From NCBI GenBank assembly GCA_018824115.1, contig JAHJGY010000022.1:1-49460 (forward strand): 49,460 bases of DNA. The letters are read 5' to 3'. The DNA comes from Patescibacteria group bacterium (GTDB lineage Bacteria; Patescibacteriota; 4484-211). This document shows positions 17,539-26,734 of the stretch, one piece after another; positions within the stretch are counted from its first letter, which is position 1, and every line of letters begins with the position of its first letter. A program made the position numbers and the translations under genes. The notes beneath the pieces were generated by a model. It was not told the DNA's origin, searched no databases, and worked only from the letters and a program-made list of their open reading frames with translations.

Positions 17539-18588
17539 ATGCAACAGTTTTTTGGTTTAGATATAGGATCACGTAATATTAAAGTAGTTGAGTTAAACCG
17601 TGCCCGAGATGGCAGGCCTGAGTTAGTGGCATTTGGCTCGACAGAGACGCCTTCCGGGGCGATGCAGTCAGATTCGGAGATGGATCAGCAGAAGGTGGCT
17701 AAGGCGATTAAGGAGCTGATGAAAGAAAGTAAAATCAAGAGTCAGAAAGTGATTACAGCTTTTCCAGAATCCCGGGTATTTACCAGAGTGATAGAATTTC
17801 CACCATTAAGAGGAGAAGAATTGTACAGGGCTTTAGAGTGGGAATCAGATCGGTTTATTCCTTTGCCTAAAGATAAAGTAAAAGTAAGTTGGATGGTACT
17901 TGATGAAGGGCAACTCCCTGAGGGCGAAGAAGCTGGTCGGAAGATGGAGATATTACTGGTTGCTGCTCCTCTAGATCTGGTGAATAGATATTTAGGTATC
18001 CTTGAAATGGCAGGTGTTGAACCAGTTGCCTTTGAGTCAGAGATTATAGGCATGGTTCGTTCTTTAATTACTGGATCTGACGAGAGTGCCGTAGCATTGA
18101 TTATTTCCTTAGGTGCTTCAGCGACAGATTTGTGTATAGTAGATCGGGGAACAATCCGTTTTACGCGAAGTATTGGTACCAGTGGAGATGATTTAGCTAA
18201 GGCTGTTTCTAGGGATTTGGGATTTGAGGTTGCCCAGGCAGAGGAATACAAGCGAGCTTATGGCTTGATGGAGGATAAATTGGGAGGGAAAATCCTGGCA
18301 GTTGTTAAGCCAGTATTCGATGTAATTGTTAATGAGATTGAGAAAGCGATTATTTCTTATCAAACAAAGGTGCCGATGCGACCCGTTAAAAGAGTTGTGC
18401 TTACGGGAGGTACAGCCAGATTACCTGGAGTAGTTGTGTATTTGGCCGAGAGTCTTGGCATAGAAGTTCAGATTGGAGATCCGTGGGTTAATATTGTGAT
18501 TCCTCCACGGTTTGAAGAAGAAGTTCGTCGCTTGGAAAACCAGACTCAGTTTGCAGTTGCAGGTGGGCTGGCATTAAAGCAAGATTAA
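17539..18588 (+). CDS. pilM: Type IV pilus assembly protein PilM
   Basis: FGLDIGS..IKVVEL, ILLVAAP, F.RSI...G, VVLTGG.A.LPG...L...LG, FAVA.GLALK. Start is ATG 17539. Confidence 0.95.
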   Translation: MQQFFGLDIGSRNIKVVELNRARDGRPELVAFGSTETPSGAMQSDSEMDQQKVAKAIKELMKESKIKSQKVITAFPESRVFTRVIEFPPLRGEELYRALEWESDRFIPLPKDKVKVSWMVLDEGQLPEGEEAGRKMEILLVAAPLDLVNRYLGILEMAGVEPVAFESEIIGMVRSLITGSDESAVALIISLGASATDLCIVDRGTIRFTRSIGTSGDDLAKAVSRDLGFEVAQAEEYKRAYGLMEDKLGGKILAVVKPVFDVIVNEIEKAIISYQTKVPMRPVKRVVLTGGTARLPGVVVYLAESLGIEVQIGDPWVNIVIPPRFEEEVRRLENQTQFAVAGGLALKQD

Positions 18589-18619
18589 CGAGTTGTAAAT
18601 ACCTTCATTATTTTTATCT

Positions 18620-19180
18620 ATGCTATCTATGCAAGGAAAAGGGGTTAACCTATTACCTCAAGAAATTCAAGAACAAGAAGAAAAAGGATTAACATTCCGG
18701 AAGGTTAGTGTGCTTTGTGTTTTGGAGTTAGTTTTATTAGCAGTGATAGTACTTGGTCTTTATCGGTATCGGGAACAAATTGGGTCTCAATGGCAGATAC
18801 TTGACCAGGAGGTATTAACTCAACGGAGTGTAATAAATACTGAAGAGAATCGGAGATTGGAAGGGAAATTTACTGTAGTTAAGAAGAAGATAGGTGCTTT
18901 GGGAGAATACTTTGAACAACGATGGCATTACGCTACTTTCCTTGATGGTCTTACGAAAGCGCTCCCGGCAGGCTTGCAGATGATTTCTCTGAGGCAGACA
19001 GAGACTCCATCCGTTTTTGAGTTTTCAGGTCAAGCTGATAATGTAGGTCAGGTGAACACTTTTATTGATGACTTAGTCCAATGGGATGAGGTTATGTCGG
19101 TGTCGGTAACATTGCTGGATTATCAGATAGATAAGGGACGGTTAATTTTTAATTTAGCTATTACCAGGGAAAATATATGA
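18620..19180 (+). CDS. pilN: PilN-like type IV pilus assembly protein
   Basis: VNLLP motif, TM, coiled coil and a ferredoxin-like C-terminus; follows pilM. Confidence 0.85.
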   Translation: MLSMQGKGVNLLPQEIQEQEEKGLTFRKVSVLCVLELVLLAVIVLGLYRYREQIGSQWQILDQEVLTQRSVINTEENRRLEGKFTVVKKKIGALGEYFEQRWHYATFLDGLTKALPAGLQMISLRQTETPSVFEFSGQADNVGQVNTFIDDLVQWDEVMSVSVTLLDYQIDKGRLIFNLAITRENI

Positions 19181-19872
19181 GACAATCACCATTGTTCTTA
19201 ATACTGATTTGCGTAATTACTACTATTTTGGTTGTTGTATTAACGATCTATCCCTGGATTGGAGAGATTGGCTGGATGAAGAGGGAAATTGCAACTAGGG
19301 AAGCGCTACTAAACGATAAATTGTTACCGAAAGTAAATTTATTGCAATCCTTAACCGAGGTAGAGTTGGACTCTAGTATCGCCGCCTTAGAGGAGGCTCT
19401 CCCTTCTTTCCCTCAGGAATGGTCGGTATTTGCCTCGTTAGAAGCGTTGGCTGCAGAATCGAAAGTGGAGCTAGGTTTGTTAAATATAGGCAGTCTCGGA
19501 TTTGATGAGGCTACGTTATTGGAGGGTGGTGGGCGCCTAATGACAGTGGATGTACCAATTACTAGTGTCGGAGATCTTTCTCAAACAGTTGCTTTCCTCA
19601 AAAACATTGAGAGGGCAAAGAGGGTGTTGTCTTTAGCCCAGTTATCTTTGGGGAGTGATGGTGAAGAGATTCGTCTGTCAGGAATAGCAATAGTGCCGTT
19701 TCTCCCCGTCCCATCGAAGTTGGGACCTGTTGATGAACCTCTTGAAGAACTCAAAGTCGGAGACCAAGATATATTAGCTCAAGTCGCCCGTCTTAATTTA
19801 TATGGAATTTCCTTTCAATCCCCCGATTTCACAGGCGGGGATGTTGATTATGGGAAATCTGACCCTTTCTAA
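19177..19872 (+). CDS. pilO: PilO-like type IV pilus assembly protein
   Basis: TM, coiled coil, ALP, G......FL..IE...R, and a terminal GKSDPF. ATGA overlap with pilN. Confidence 0.8.
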   Translation: MRQSPLFLILICVITTILVVVLTIYPWIGEIGWMKREIATREALLNDKLLPKVNLLQSLTEVELDSSIAALEEALPSFPQEWSVFASLEALAAESKVELGLLNIGSLGFDEATLLEGGGRLMTVDVPITSVGDLSQTVAFLKNIERAKRVLSLAQLSLGSDGEEIRLSGIAIVPFLPVPSKLGPVDEPLEELKVGDQDILAQVARLNLYGISFQSPDFTGGDVDYGKSDPF

Positions 19873-20126
19873 TCCGACTCAGGGCTTTCTTTCTCTTCGA
19901 CATTTAACTGGACGTGGATTCCCTTTGGTAGTGCAATTACGTTTAGTAGGTTACGGATTGACTTTATTACCTTTCCTTTTTTCCCAATGATGAGCGCAAT
20001 ATCTTCGGAGTGACTACTAATCTGAAAGATGGTAGTCCCGTTATCCGGGTCTTCTTTGGTATGAATATCAATTGCATCCGGGTGGTTGGCGATTCTTTTT
20101 ACAACGAAATTTAGTAGTTCCTGCAT
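19869..20126 (-). CDS. khpA: KH domain RNA-binding protein (KhpA family)
   Basis: IIGKKGKVIKSIR; downstream of rpsP. Confidence 0.9.
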   Translation of the reverse strand: MQELLNFVVKRIANHPDAIDIHTKEDPDNGTTIFQISSHSEDIALIIGKKGKVIKSIRNLLNVIALPKGIHVQLNVEEKESPESD

Positions 20127-20185
20127 TTTGACTATGATGCTAATAGATGCAAATAAAACATGATAGGCACATATCCTTATTAGAA

Positions 20186-20413
20186 TTATGCCTTTAGGAT
20201 TTTCCTAGCGCCTTCGCTCAATTGTGCTCCCTTATCCAGCCAGTAATCTAGGCGATTTTGTTTAACATCCAGTTTAGGAGGCTGGTCCTGGGGATTGTAG
20301 TGACCAATAATTTCAATGCACTTACCATCCCGTTTATTGCGAGAGTCAGTGATTACAATCCGGTAGCTGGGATAATTTTTGCGACCTGTTCGTGACAATC
20401 TAACTTTAAGCAT
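20186..20413 (-). CDS. rpsP: 30S ribosomal protein S16
   Basis: MLKVRLSRTGRKN.PSYRIV..DSR.KRDG..IE..G.YNP. Confidence 0.98.
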   Translation of the reverse strand: MLKVRLSRTGRKNYPSYRIVITDSRNKRDGKCIEIIGHYNPQDQPPKLDVKQNRLDYWLDKGAQLSEGARKILKA

Positions 20414-20422
20414 ATTCGAATT

Positions 20423-21115
20423 TTACATATCCCCTTCCCATTTTTCAAGTGCATCTTGTGCGGCTTCGACTTCGGCCTTTTGTTTGCTGTTACCTTCACC
20501 TTCTCCTACGTTTTTCTCATTTACAAATACTCCTGCTTTAAAATGTTTTTCGTGATCAGGGCCCCAAGTTTCGATAATCTTGTATTGCGGGGTTACAGAA
20601 AGAACTTCTTGCGTTAGTTCTTGGAAGCGAGATTTTGCGTCCCTATAAAGGTTGTTTTCAATAATTAATTCTAGTTTGGGTAAAAGAAACCTCTCGACAA
20701 ACTCTCGACATTTGTCTAAACCTGTCTCGAGGTAGCAAGCGCCAAGGAGGGCTTCGAAAGTGTTTGCGAGTAGGTAGCGCGACTGTCTCCCGCCTCCATC
20801 TTCTTCACCTTTTGAGAGTAGTAAGTATTCTCCCAGACCGAGAAATTTTGCGGTTTCGGCTAGGGACTCGGTGTTTACAAGGGCTGAACGTAGATTGGTT
20901 AGGAAACCTTCTGCTTCTTCTGGAAAGTGTTGATAGAGATATTCGGAGACAACAAGTTCGAGGCAGGCGTCTCCAAGGAATTCTAGTCTTTCGTTGGAAC
21001 CAAGGAGGAAATCCTTGTGTTCGTTAAGATATGATCGGTGCACGAAAGCATTTAGCAGGGAGTCTGGGTTGCTAAAACGTAACTTAATTTTAGTTTCTAG
21101 TTTTGTCAGATTCAT
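20423..21115 (-). CDS. rnc: Ribonuclease III
   Basis: HRSY, NERLEFLGDA and a C-terminal dsRBD. Confidence 0.98.
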   Translation of the reverse strand: MNLTKLETKIKLRFSNPDSLLNAFVHRSYLNEHKDFLLGSNERLEFLGDACLELVVSEYLYQHFPEEAEGFLTNLRSALVNTESLAETAKFLGLGEYLLLSKGEEDGGGRQSRYLLANTFEALLGACYLETGLDKCREFVERFLLPKLELIIENNLYRDAKSRFQELTQEVLSVTPQYKIIETWGPDHEKHFKAGVFVNEKNVGEGEGNSKQKAEVEAAQDALEKWEGDM

Positions 21116-21131
21116 TTAAATTGGTCCCCCG

Positions 21132-21656
21132 CTAGGCGGGATCCGGCTGATCAGCTAGGTCCAGGCGGGTAACAATTGTACCGAGGACCCCGTTAATAAA
21201 CTTTGAGCTATTTTCACCACCATATTCCTTGGATAGCTCTACTGCTTCATCGATGATTACTTTATAAGGAGTAGAAGCGTTTTTTCTGGTTAATTCAGCC
21301 ACTGCCAATCTTAAGACGCTTAAGTCAACGTTGGCGATTTGGACCAGGGGCCATTCTGGTGCCGCATTAGCGATGAGGCAATCAATTTTAGGATACCATT
21401 TAACGACCCTCTTAACAATAATCTTTGCCAGGTCAAAATCTGCACGTTTCCAGCTGGCTGATGATTGTAGCTGGGCCTTTGACCAATGGAGGTATAAAGA
21501 TTGAGCTTGTTTGGTAATCGCCTTCTGGTCTTCAATGTTAATTTCTTGCGGCTTGCCCGGTTCGATACCTCGCAGTTTAAGTTTAGCAGTCCAAGCAAAG
21601 GTTACTTGTAATGCTAGTTGTCTTGCCAGATGTCGAGGATCGTTTGGTGTTTTCAA
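21132..21656 (-). CDS. nusB: Transcription antitermination factor NusB
   Basis: DPRH.AR..ALQ, APEWP..QI..VD..VLRLA, VIIDEAVELSKEYG...S.KFINGVLG. TTG start. Confidence 0.95.
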   Translation of the reverse strand: MKTPNDPRHLARQLALQVTFAWTAKLKLRGIEPGKPQEINIEDQKAITKQAQSLYLHWSKAQLQSSASWKRADFDLAKIIVKRVVKWYPKIDCLIANAAPEWPLVQIANVDLSVLRLAVAELTRKNASTPYKVIIDEAVELSKEYGGENSSKFINGVLGTIVTRLDLADQPDPA

Positions 21657-21663
21657 TGAGACT

Positions 21664-21778
21664 CAGAAATATTCGACGTTAGTTGAATATTTCTGCCAGT
21701 CGACCTGCCCGCAACGCTTCGCGTAGCGAGGCGGGCGGGATTAATCCTTTTGTAGCCCTAACGGGGCGGAGGAGGATT
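21664..21778. repeat. Three adjacent inverted repeats between rpmF and nusB
   Basis: A 14-bp stem at 21664-21695, a GC-rich stem cctgcccgc...gcgggcggg at 21704-21739, and an imperfect aatcct...aggatt stem at ~21743-21778. Confidence 0.75.
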
Positions 21779-21787
21779 CAATGAGCC

Positions 21788-22000
21788 CTACACCTTGCTA
21801 TCCTTGGGATTTTTTGCTTTAATTTCGATCACCTTTTTATCTCGGAGGTAACCGCAATGAGGGCAGACACGGTGTGGTAATTTCAGCTTATCACAATTCT
21901 TGCAGTTTTGGTAACGAGGCAACTTCTGGCGGTTCAACCAAGCAGTTCTTCTGGTTCTTGTTTGGTGCTTAGATGGTTTTTTCTTTGGTACTGCTCCCAT
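21788..22000 (-). CDS. rpmF: 50S ribosomal protein L32
   Basis: MGAVPKKK.S...TR.RR, CKNC....LPHRVCPHCGY. Confidence 0.97.
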   Translation of the reverse strand: MGAVPKKKPSKHQTRTRRTAWLNRQKLPRYQNCKNCDKLKLPHRVCPHCGYLRDKKVIEIKAKNPKDSKV

Positions 22001-22059
22001 AATTTATCTTTTTCGCTGATTAGCTTGTTAGCTTCTTAATTACACTGCGATATTTTATG

Positions 22060-22599
22060 TCAATTTTCTACCTTTGTCAAAAAGGTAACTCCGGTTAATC
22101 CGTATTTACGTGTTTCTTTGTAATCAAGGCCACTAATTTTAGATGGAGGGAGAGCATCCCGGTGATGTAAGTAAACAACAACGCTATCATCCTTAAGTAC
22201 TCTTAGCAGTTTAACTAGGATGTGATCAATGTTAAATTCGTAAGGGGGATCGGCAAGTACAATGTTGTATTGATTTGGAAGACAAGAAGTTAGATATTCC
22301 TCTGCGCTGATCTGATGAACTTCTGTTTTGCCTCTAAATCGTGTATAGTTAACATTTTGCTTAATTGCAGTACAAGCTTCTTGGTTAATGTCAACGAAGT
22401 CAGCCCAAATAGCTCCTCTGGAAAGGGCTTCAATGCCTAGAGATCCACTTCCAGCGAAAATATCTAGCACGCGTGTCCCCTTAATATTTCCGAGGATGCT
22501 AAAAATGGCCTGCCTGACCATACTTTTGGTAGGCCTAAGTCCGGGAACGGCGGGAATGTGTAGTTGGTGGCCTTTGGCGACACCGGAGGAAATTCTCAC
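22060..22599 (-). CDS. rsmD: 16S rRNA m2G966 methyltransferase RsmD
   Basis: MRISSG.AKG, RPT...VRQA.F, LDIFAGSGSLGIEALSRGA, DPPY. Confidence 0.95.
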   Translation of the reverse strand: MRISSGVAKGHQLHIPAVPGLRPTKSMVRQAIFSILGNIKGTRVLDIFAGSGSLGIEALSRGAIWADFVDINQEACTAIKQNVNYTRFRGKTEVHQISAEEYLTSCLPNQYNIVLADPPYEFNIDHILVKLLRVLKDDSVVVYLHHRDALPPSKISGLDYKETRKYGLTGVTFLTKVEN

Positions 22600-22609
22600 T
22601 AGATGTTCA

Positions 22610-24637
22610 CTAGATGTTTCTTATTTTACCATATTCTCGAGCCGCATTTTTAGTTTTCTCAATCAATCTTAAATCCGATAAACTTGCAATTTTGAGATCC
22701 CAGAAGCCATGTTGCCTGGTTCCGAAGAGTTCACCGGGCCCCCGAATTTCGAGGTCTATTTCCGCGAGCTTTAAACCATTATGGTATTTTCTCATAGCAT
22801 TTAGGCGTTGGTTTTGTTCGGGGTTATGGGTGGAGGTGAAAAGCAGGCAGTAGGCTTGTTCTCCGCTCCTGCCGATACGGCCACGAAGTTGATGTAGGGA
22901 AGCTAGTCCGAATCGTTCCGCTCCCTCGATAATCATCAAATTTGCTTTTGGTATATCAATGCCTACTTCTACCACAGGAGTAGCAACCAGAATGTGGAGT
23001 TCTCCATTTCTGAATTTAACCAGTACTTCATTTTTCTCCTTAGCCTTGAGTTTGCCGTGCACAAGGCCTAATATTAGGTCAGGGAAGACATCTTTTTGAA
23101 GTCGAGAAAACTCTGCCTTGGCAGCTTTAACTGTTTGTAAAGTTTCATGTTCGGATTCCTCGATAAATGGGCAGACAATGAATGCTTGATGGTTTTTCCT
23201 TTTGATTTGTTCTTTAACCCACATTAATGCTCCAGGTCGTTTCTTACCCGGTACTAGCCAGGTTATAACCGGTTTTCGGCCGGGTGGCATCTCGTTGATT
23301 ACAGAGAGATCTTGATCGCCGTAAACAGTTAAGGCTATAGATCGTGGGATTGGGGTAGCGGTAAGGCTGAGAATGTGCGGGGTAAGTGCTTTATTTGTTT
23401 CAATCCCCTTGTCGACTAGTTTGCCCCGTTGTTTTACCCCAAAACGGTGTTGTTCATCGATTACTATTAAACCGACTTTCTTTAATTCAGCTGGGCTGTG
23501 GAATAAAGCGTGTGTCCCGATAACAAGATTGCTTTCCTGTAAGTTATGACTTGTCGGTTTGGTACTCCCAGTTAATAGTGCGATTTTTAGTTTAGCTGAT
23601 ACTTTGAATAATTCAGATAACGTTCTCAAATGCTGTCGTGCGAGGATTTCTGTTGGTGCCATGAGTAAAGATTTATAACCGGATAAATATGTTGCGTAGA
23701 CAGCAGCTGCCGCTACTACAGTTTTCCCGCTTCCCACATCACCCTGTAGTAATCTATTCATCGGTATGTTTCGCTTTAGATCTTCAGATATTCTCTGGGT
23801 AACGTTCTTCTGTGCGTTGGTGAGAGTAAATGGCAAAGAGGTGATGAATTTTTGGATGGCAGTTTTGTTTTTTTCTAAATTGAGGCTGTAAGTTGCTCTC
23901 CTATTTTCCCAAGATTGACGGCGGTGCTGGTTCTTTAGTTGAAGACCGAACAGTTCGTCGAAAGCGAGACGCTCACGTGCTCGGCTTACTTCACCAAAGT
24001 TATTGGGAAAATGAATCCAAGAGAGAGCTAAAGGAAGGTATAAAAGGTTGTATTTTTTTCTGAATTCTAAAGGATAGTTGTCGAGTTCAGTTTCTTGGTT
24101 GCTAGTTTCATTTAGCTCTTTATAACCGAGAATTTTTAAAACGGCGTTAGTCCGCGACCTCAGCCATTTAGAGCTAATACCTTCGCCTTCCGGGTAAATT
24201 GGTACAATCCCGGAAGTATGAATGGTCTCAGTGTTTTCGAGTTCATAGTCAGGGCTGGTTAGAGTAAGCTTGCGGCTAAAGAAAGCAACTTTACCGGAAA
24301 AATAGTAGTTCTGCCCTACTCTAAGCGTTTGTTTAATCCAGGGTTGGTTCCACCAAACTGCTTGAATGGATCCCGAATCATCAGCGAGAGTTGCCATGAT
24401 ATAACTTTTTCTTGTCCGGGTAAAATGCTGGGTCAATGCTGTGACAGGGGCCTTGATTGTTGTCTTCTCCCCTACCCTTATCGAAGCGAGCGGTTTAATT
24501 TGGGTGAAATCGTCGTAACGGTGAGGAAAGTGATAAAGCAAATCCTTGACAGTGTTAATTTTTAGTTTTTCCAGTTTTTTTGCCTGTACGGGGCCAATAA
24601 GCGGCACTTTCGTTACTGGATCTTTAAGAGTTATCAT
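22610..24637 (-). CDS. recG: ATP-dependent DNA helicase RecG
   Basis: MNRLLQGDVGSGKT, DEQHRFGV.QR, TATPIPR, HQLRGRIGR, RGPGELFGTRQHG. Start reassigned to ATG 24637, 7 nt after TGcTAGAAT. Confidence 0.97.
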   Translation of the reverse strand: MITLKDPVTKVPLIGPVQAKKLEKLKINTVKDLLYHFPHRYDDFTQIKPLASIRVGEKTTIKAPVTALTQHFTRTRKSYIMATLADDSGSIQAVWWNQPWIKQTLRVGQNYYFSGKVAFFSRKLTLTSPDYELENTETIHTSGIVPIYPEGEGISSKWLRSRTNAVLKILGYKELNETSNQETELDNYPLEFRKKYNLLYLPLALSWIHFPNNFGEVSRARERLAFDELFGLQLKNQHRRQSWENRRATYSLNLEKNKTAIQKFITSLPFTLTNAQKNVTQRISEDLKRNIPMNRLLQGDVGSGKTVVAAAAVYATYLSGYKSLLMAPTEILARQHLRTLSELFKVSAKLKIALLTGSTKPTSHNLQESNLVIGTHALFHSPAELKKVGLIVIDEQHRFGVKQRGKLVDKGIETNKALTPHILSLTATPIPRSIALTVYGDQDLSVINEMPPGRKPVITWLVPGKKRPGALMWVKEQIKRKNHQAFIVCPFIEESEHETLQTVKAAKAEFSRLQKDVFPDLILGLVHGKLKAKEKNEVLVKFRNGELHILVATPVVEVGIDIPKANLMIIEGAERFGLASLHQLRGRIGRSGEQAYCLLFTSTHNPEQNQRLNAMRKYHNGLKLAEIDLEIRGPGELFGTRQHGFWDLKIASLSDLRLIEKTKNAAREYGKIRNI

Positions 24638-24795
24638 TCTCTCAATTCTAGCACCAAAACGAATATTGGGCAGTGTTGCTCCAGTGATTATCAACGGCTA
24701 GACCGTCGACATCGGTTCAGTGAGGGTTTTGGTGTGGGTATTTTCTTACAATGCCGTTTCTGGGCATAAAGATAGGTTTTGTTTGCTATGCAGAT

Positions 24796-25539
24796 TCAGG
24801 CCAGCGGGCTATTGAAATAATCGATAGATCTTTGGGTGTAATAATGTAAGTTTTTCATCTGTCTTTGGGAAATGTGATCGCAAGCGTGTCCCCAATGGTA
24901 ACTTATCTTATCTCCCACTTTTAACTTATCCAGAAATCCTTTCCCTTTGTAACCCAGCTCAACTTCCCTTGCGGTCGCGGCACCCAGTTTTAACTGTTGG
25001 TTTTCAAAAACCAACGGGTGTGTTCTTACTAATAAAGAGGTCAGCTTGTTTTCGATCAATTGTCCCCAGCTAATACGGCAGTTGTCCATGGTGTTTAAGG
25101 TGTGATAAGAGGGATCCTTTCCTGTCCTTTTAAAGATATTGAAAACATGGAATGAGTGGTGCGGGAGAAGAGTATAGCTGGCGATTTTACTCCCTGTTTT
25201 GTTGTATTCAAATTGTCCCATTCTTTTACGGAGCAGTAAAAGTTCGTTAAGGAATCTCCAGTATTTTATATTTGTTACTTTTTCCAGTAACTGGTTACCA
25301 ACCCAATAGGCTTCGACTACTCGTTTGTCAAACGGGTCGTCAATGCGATTTTCCTGGGATATTAAGCGCAAATAGGGATACAGGGTTTCGAATTGTGAAA
25401 GGATGTTTCCTAGTTCTAAGTCTCCCCTACTCTCCTTTAGATGGTCTAAAACACTGGAATTTTGTGCCGGCCCGCAGTAACCAAAGAAATTAGGGGATGC
25501 GGCGTACTTAGCGCACATTAAAATGCCCGATTTATCCAT
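24796..25539 (-). CDS. DUF6390-like conserved protein
   Basis: YA..PN..GYCGP, F...YPYL.LI, DPFD.RVVEAYW.GN, PHHSFHV, MDNCRISWG, S.HW...C. Confidence 0.8.
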   Translation of the reverse strand: MDKSGILMCAKYAASPNFFGYCGPAQNSSVLDHLKESRGDLELGNILSQFETLYPYLRLISQENRIDDPFDKRVVEAYWVGNQLLEKVTNIKYWRFLNELLLLRKRMGQFEYNKTGSKIASYTLLPHHSFHVFNIFKRTGKDPSYHTLNTMDNCRISWGQLIENKLTSLLVRTHPLVFENQQLKLGAATAREVELGYKGKGFLDKLKVGDKISYHWGHACDHISQRQMKNLHYYTQRSIDYFNSPLA

Positions 25540-26443
25540 GATGCAGATATTGTTGTTTGCGAAGCGGTTTCTGTTGTAAAAGTATAACTACGATCACACC
25601 TGCTGTGATTAATAACGAAGAATACAAGGTTGTTAGTGGGAAATTTACTTTGTTAAAAGCGCCAGTTAGGGCATTGCCTACGACTACCGAGAAAGTATAG
25701 ACCAAAGTTGCCAAACTAGCTGGTGCGTACTTTAGAGCCCTGTACCAAAAGTAGAGGGTTGTAAAAACCATTAGGCTGCCAATTAGAATAATTAACGTTT
25801 GGGCTGAACTAAGGTTGGCCATGATGCTACCGCGACCTGTTAGTAGCACGGCGAGTAGAAGGAGTGTAGAGCCGATACCTAACCTGAATAATCCTACATG
25901 CTCAGCGGAGACCGATTTCAGTACTTGCTTGGCAATTATGTGCTCCACGGCCCACAGAATTGTTGCTGCAAAGATCATAATTTCTCCTTTACTACCGGAA
26001 AACTTTAATGGGGCAAAGTAGAAATTGCCCAAGATTATGGCAAGGTAACTAAGTAGGTATAAAGGGTTAAGCCGTTCACCTAAAAAGGTAATTGCTAATA
26101 AAGAAGTCCAGATGAACAAGGTTTTATGAATCACGTTAGCCGTTTGTCCTTCTATCAACTGTAGCCCTGTGAAATAGAGGTAGAAAGGCAGAGCCCCACC
26201 AACCAAACCTGTTAGTATAAGGAGTCTTAGGTTTCTCTTTCCTAGCTTCCTAATTTTCCGAAACTTTCCCGAGCTGATAAGGATCAGTAGAAAAGCTAAG
26301 GTTGCTAGAATATTCCGGCTCGTAGTCAGAATTAACGGATCAACTTCAACCACTGATGTTTTTGAGTAAAAAATAGCAATCCCGGAACCTAGAGATGCCA
26401 TAAAGGCATAAATTATCCCTTTTAAAGTATTAGTGTTGTCCAT
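25532..26443 (-). CDS. EamA/DMT family transporter
   Basis: About 10 TM helices in two repeats; overlaps the next gene by 8 nt. Confidence 0.9.
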   Translation of the reverse strand: MDNTNTLKGIIYAFMASLGSGIAIFYSKTSVVEVDPLILTTSRNILATLAFLLILISSGKFRKIRKLGKRNLRLLILTGLVGGALPFYLYFTGLQLIEGQTANVIHKTLFIWTSLLAITFLGERLNPLYLLSYLAIILGNFYFAPLKFSGSKGEIMIFAATILWAVEHIIAKQVLKSVSAEHVGLFRLGIGSTLLLLAVLLTGRGSIMANLSSAQTLIILIGSLMVFTTLYFWYRALKYAPASLATLVYTFSVVVGNALTGAFNKVNFPLTTLYSSLLITAGVIVVILLQQKPLRKQQYLHHG

Positions 26444-26618
26444 GTCTACCCACGAAGCAGATATTGGTGTTAACTTTGGAGCTTGTTGCCAACAAGTGAA
26501 TTTAGGACGATCTCATCGGCCTTCTCCACCGTTTCCTAAAAATATCTAAGTGTAGCATAAGCTAATAGCGAAATGTTGTCTAGTGTGTTTGGGAATTGAT
26601 CGTTGCAAGTTAACTTCA

Positions 26619-26720
26619 CTACCGCACAAATAAACTGATGATTGGCAGCAGTACCATTGAGGTAAGGGTGATGAGGATAACGATAGTCCAAAACCTTTGG
26701 TGTTTGCGGAAGATGTCCAT
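26619..26720 (-). CDS. 33-aa single-TM small protein (not in ORF track)
   Basis: MDIFRKHQRFWTIVILITLTSMVLLPIISLFVR*, with TATAAT 6 nt upstream of the ATG. Confidence 0.6.
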   Translation of the reverse strand: MDIFRKHQRFWTIVILITLTSMVLLPIISLFVR

Positions 26721-26734
26721 AGGGAGATTATAAA

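Noticed and set aside
22597..22618. 11-nt direct repeat CACTAGATGTT at the recG/rsmD junction as a target-site duplication
   Set aside because: The copies are adjacent with no element between them; a simple tandem duplication.
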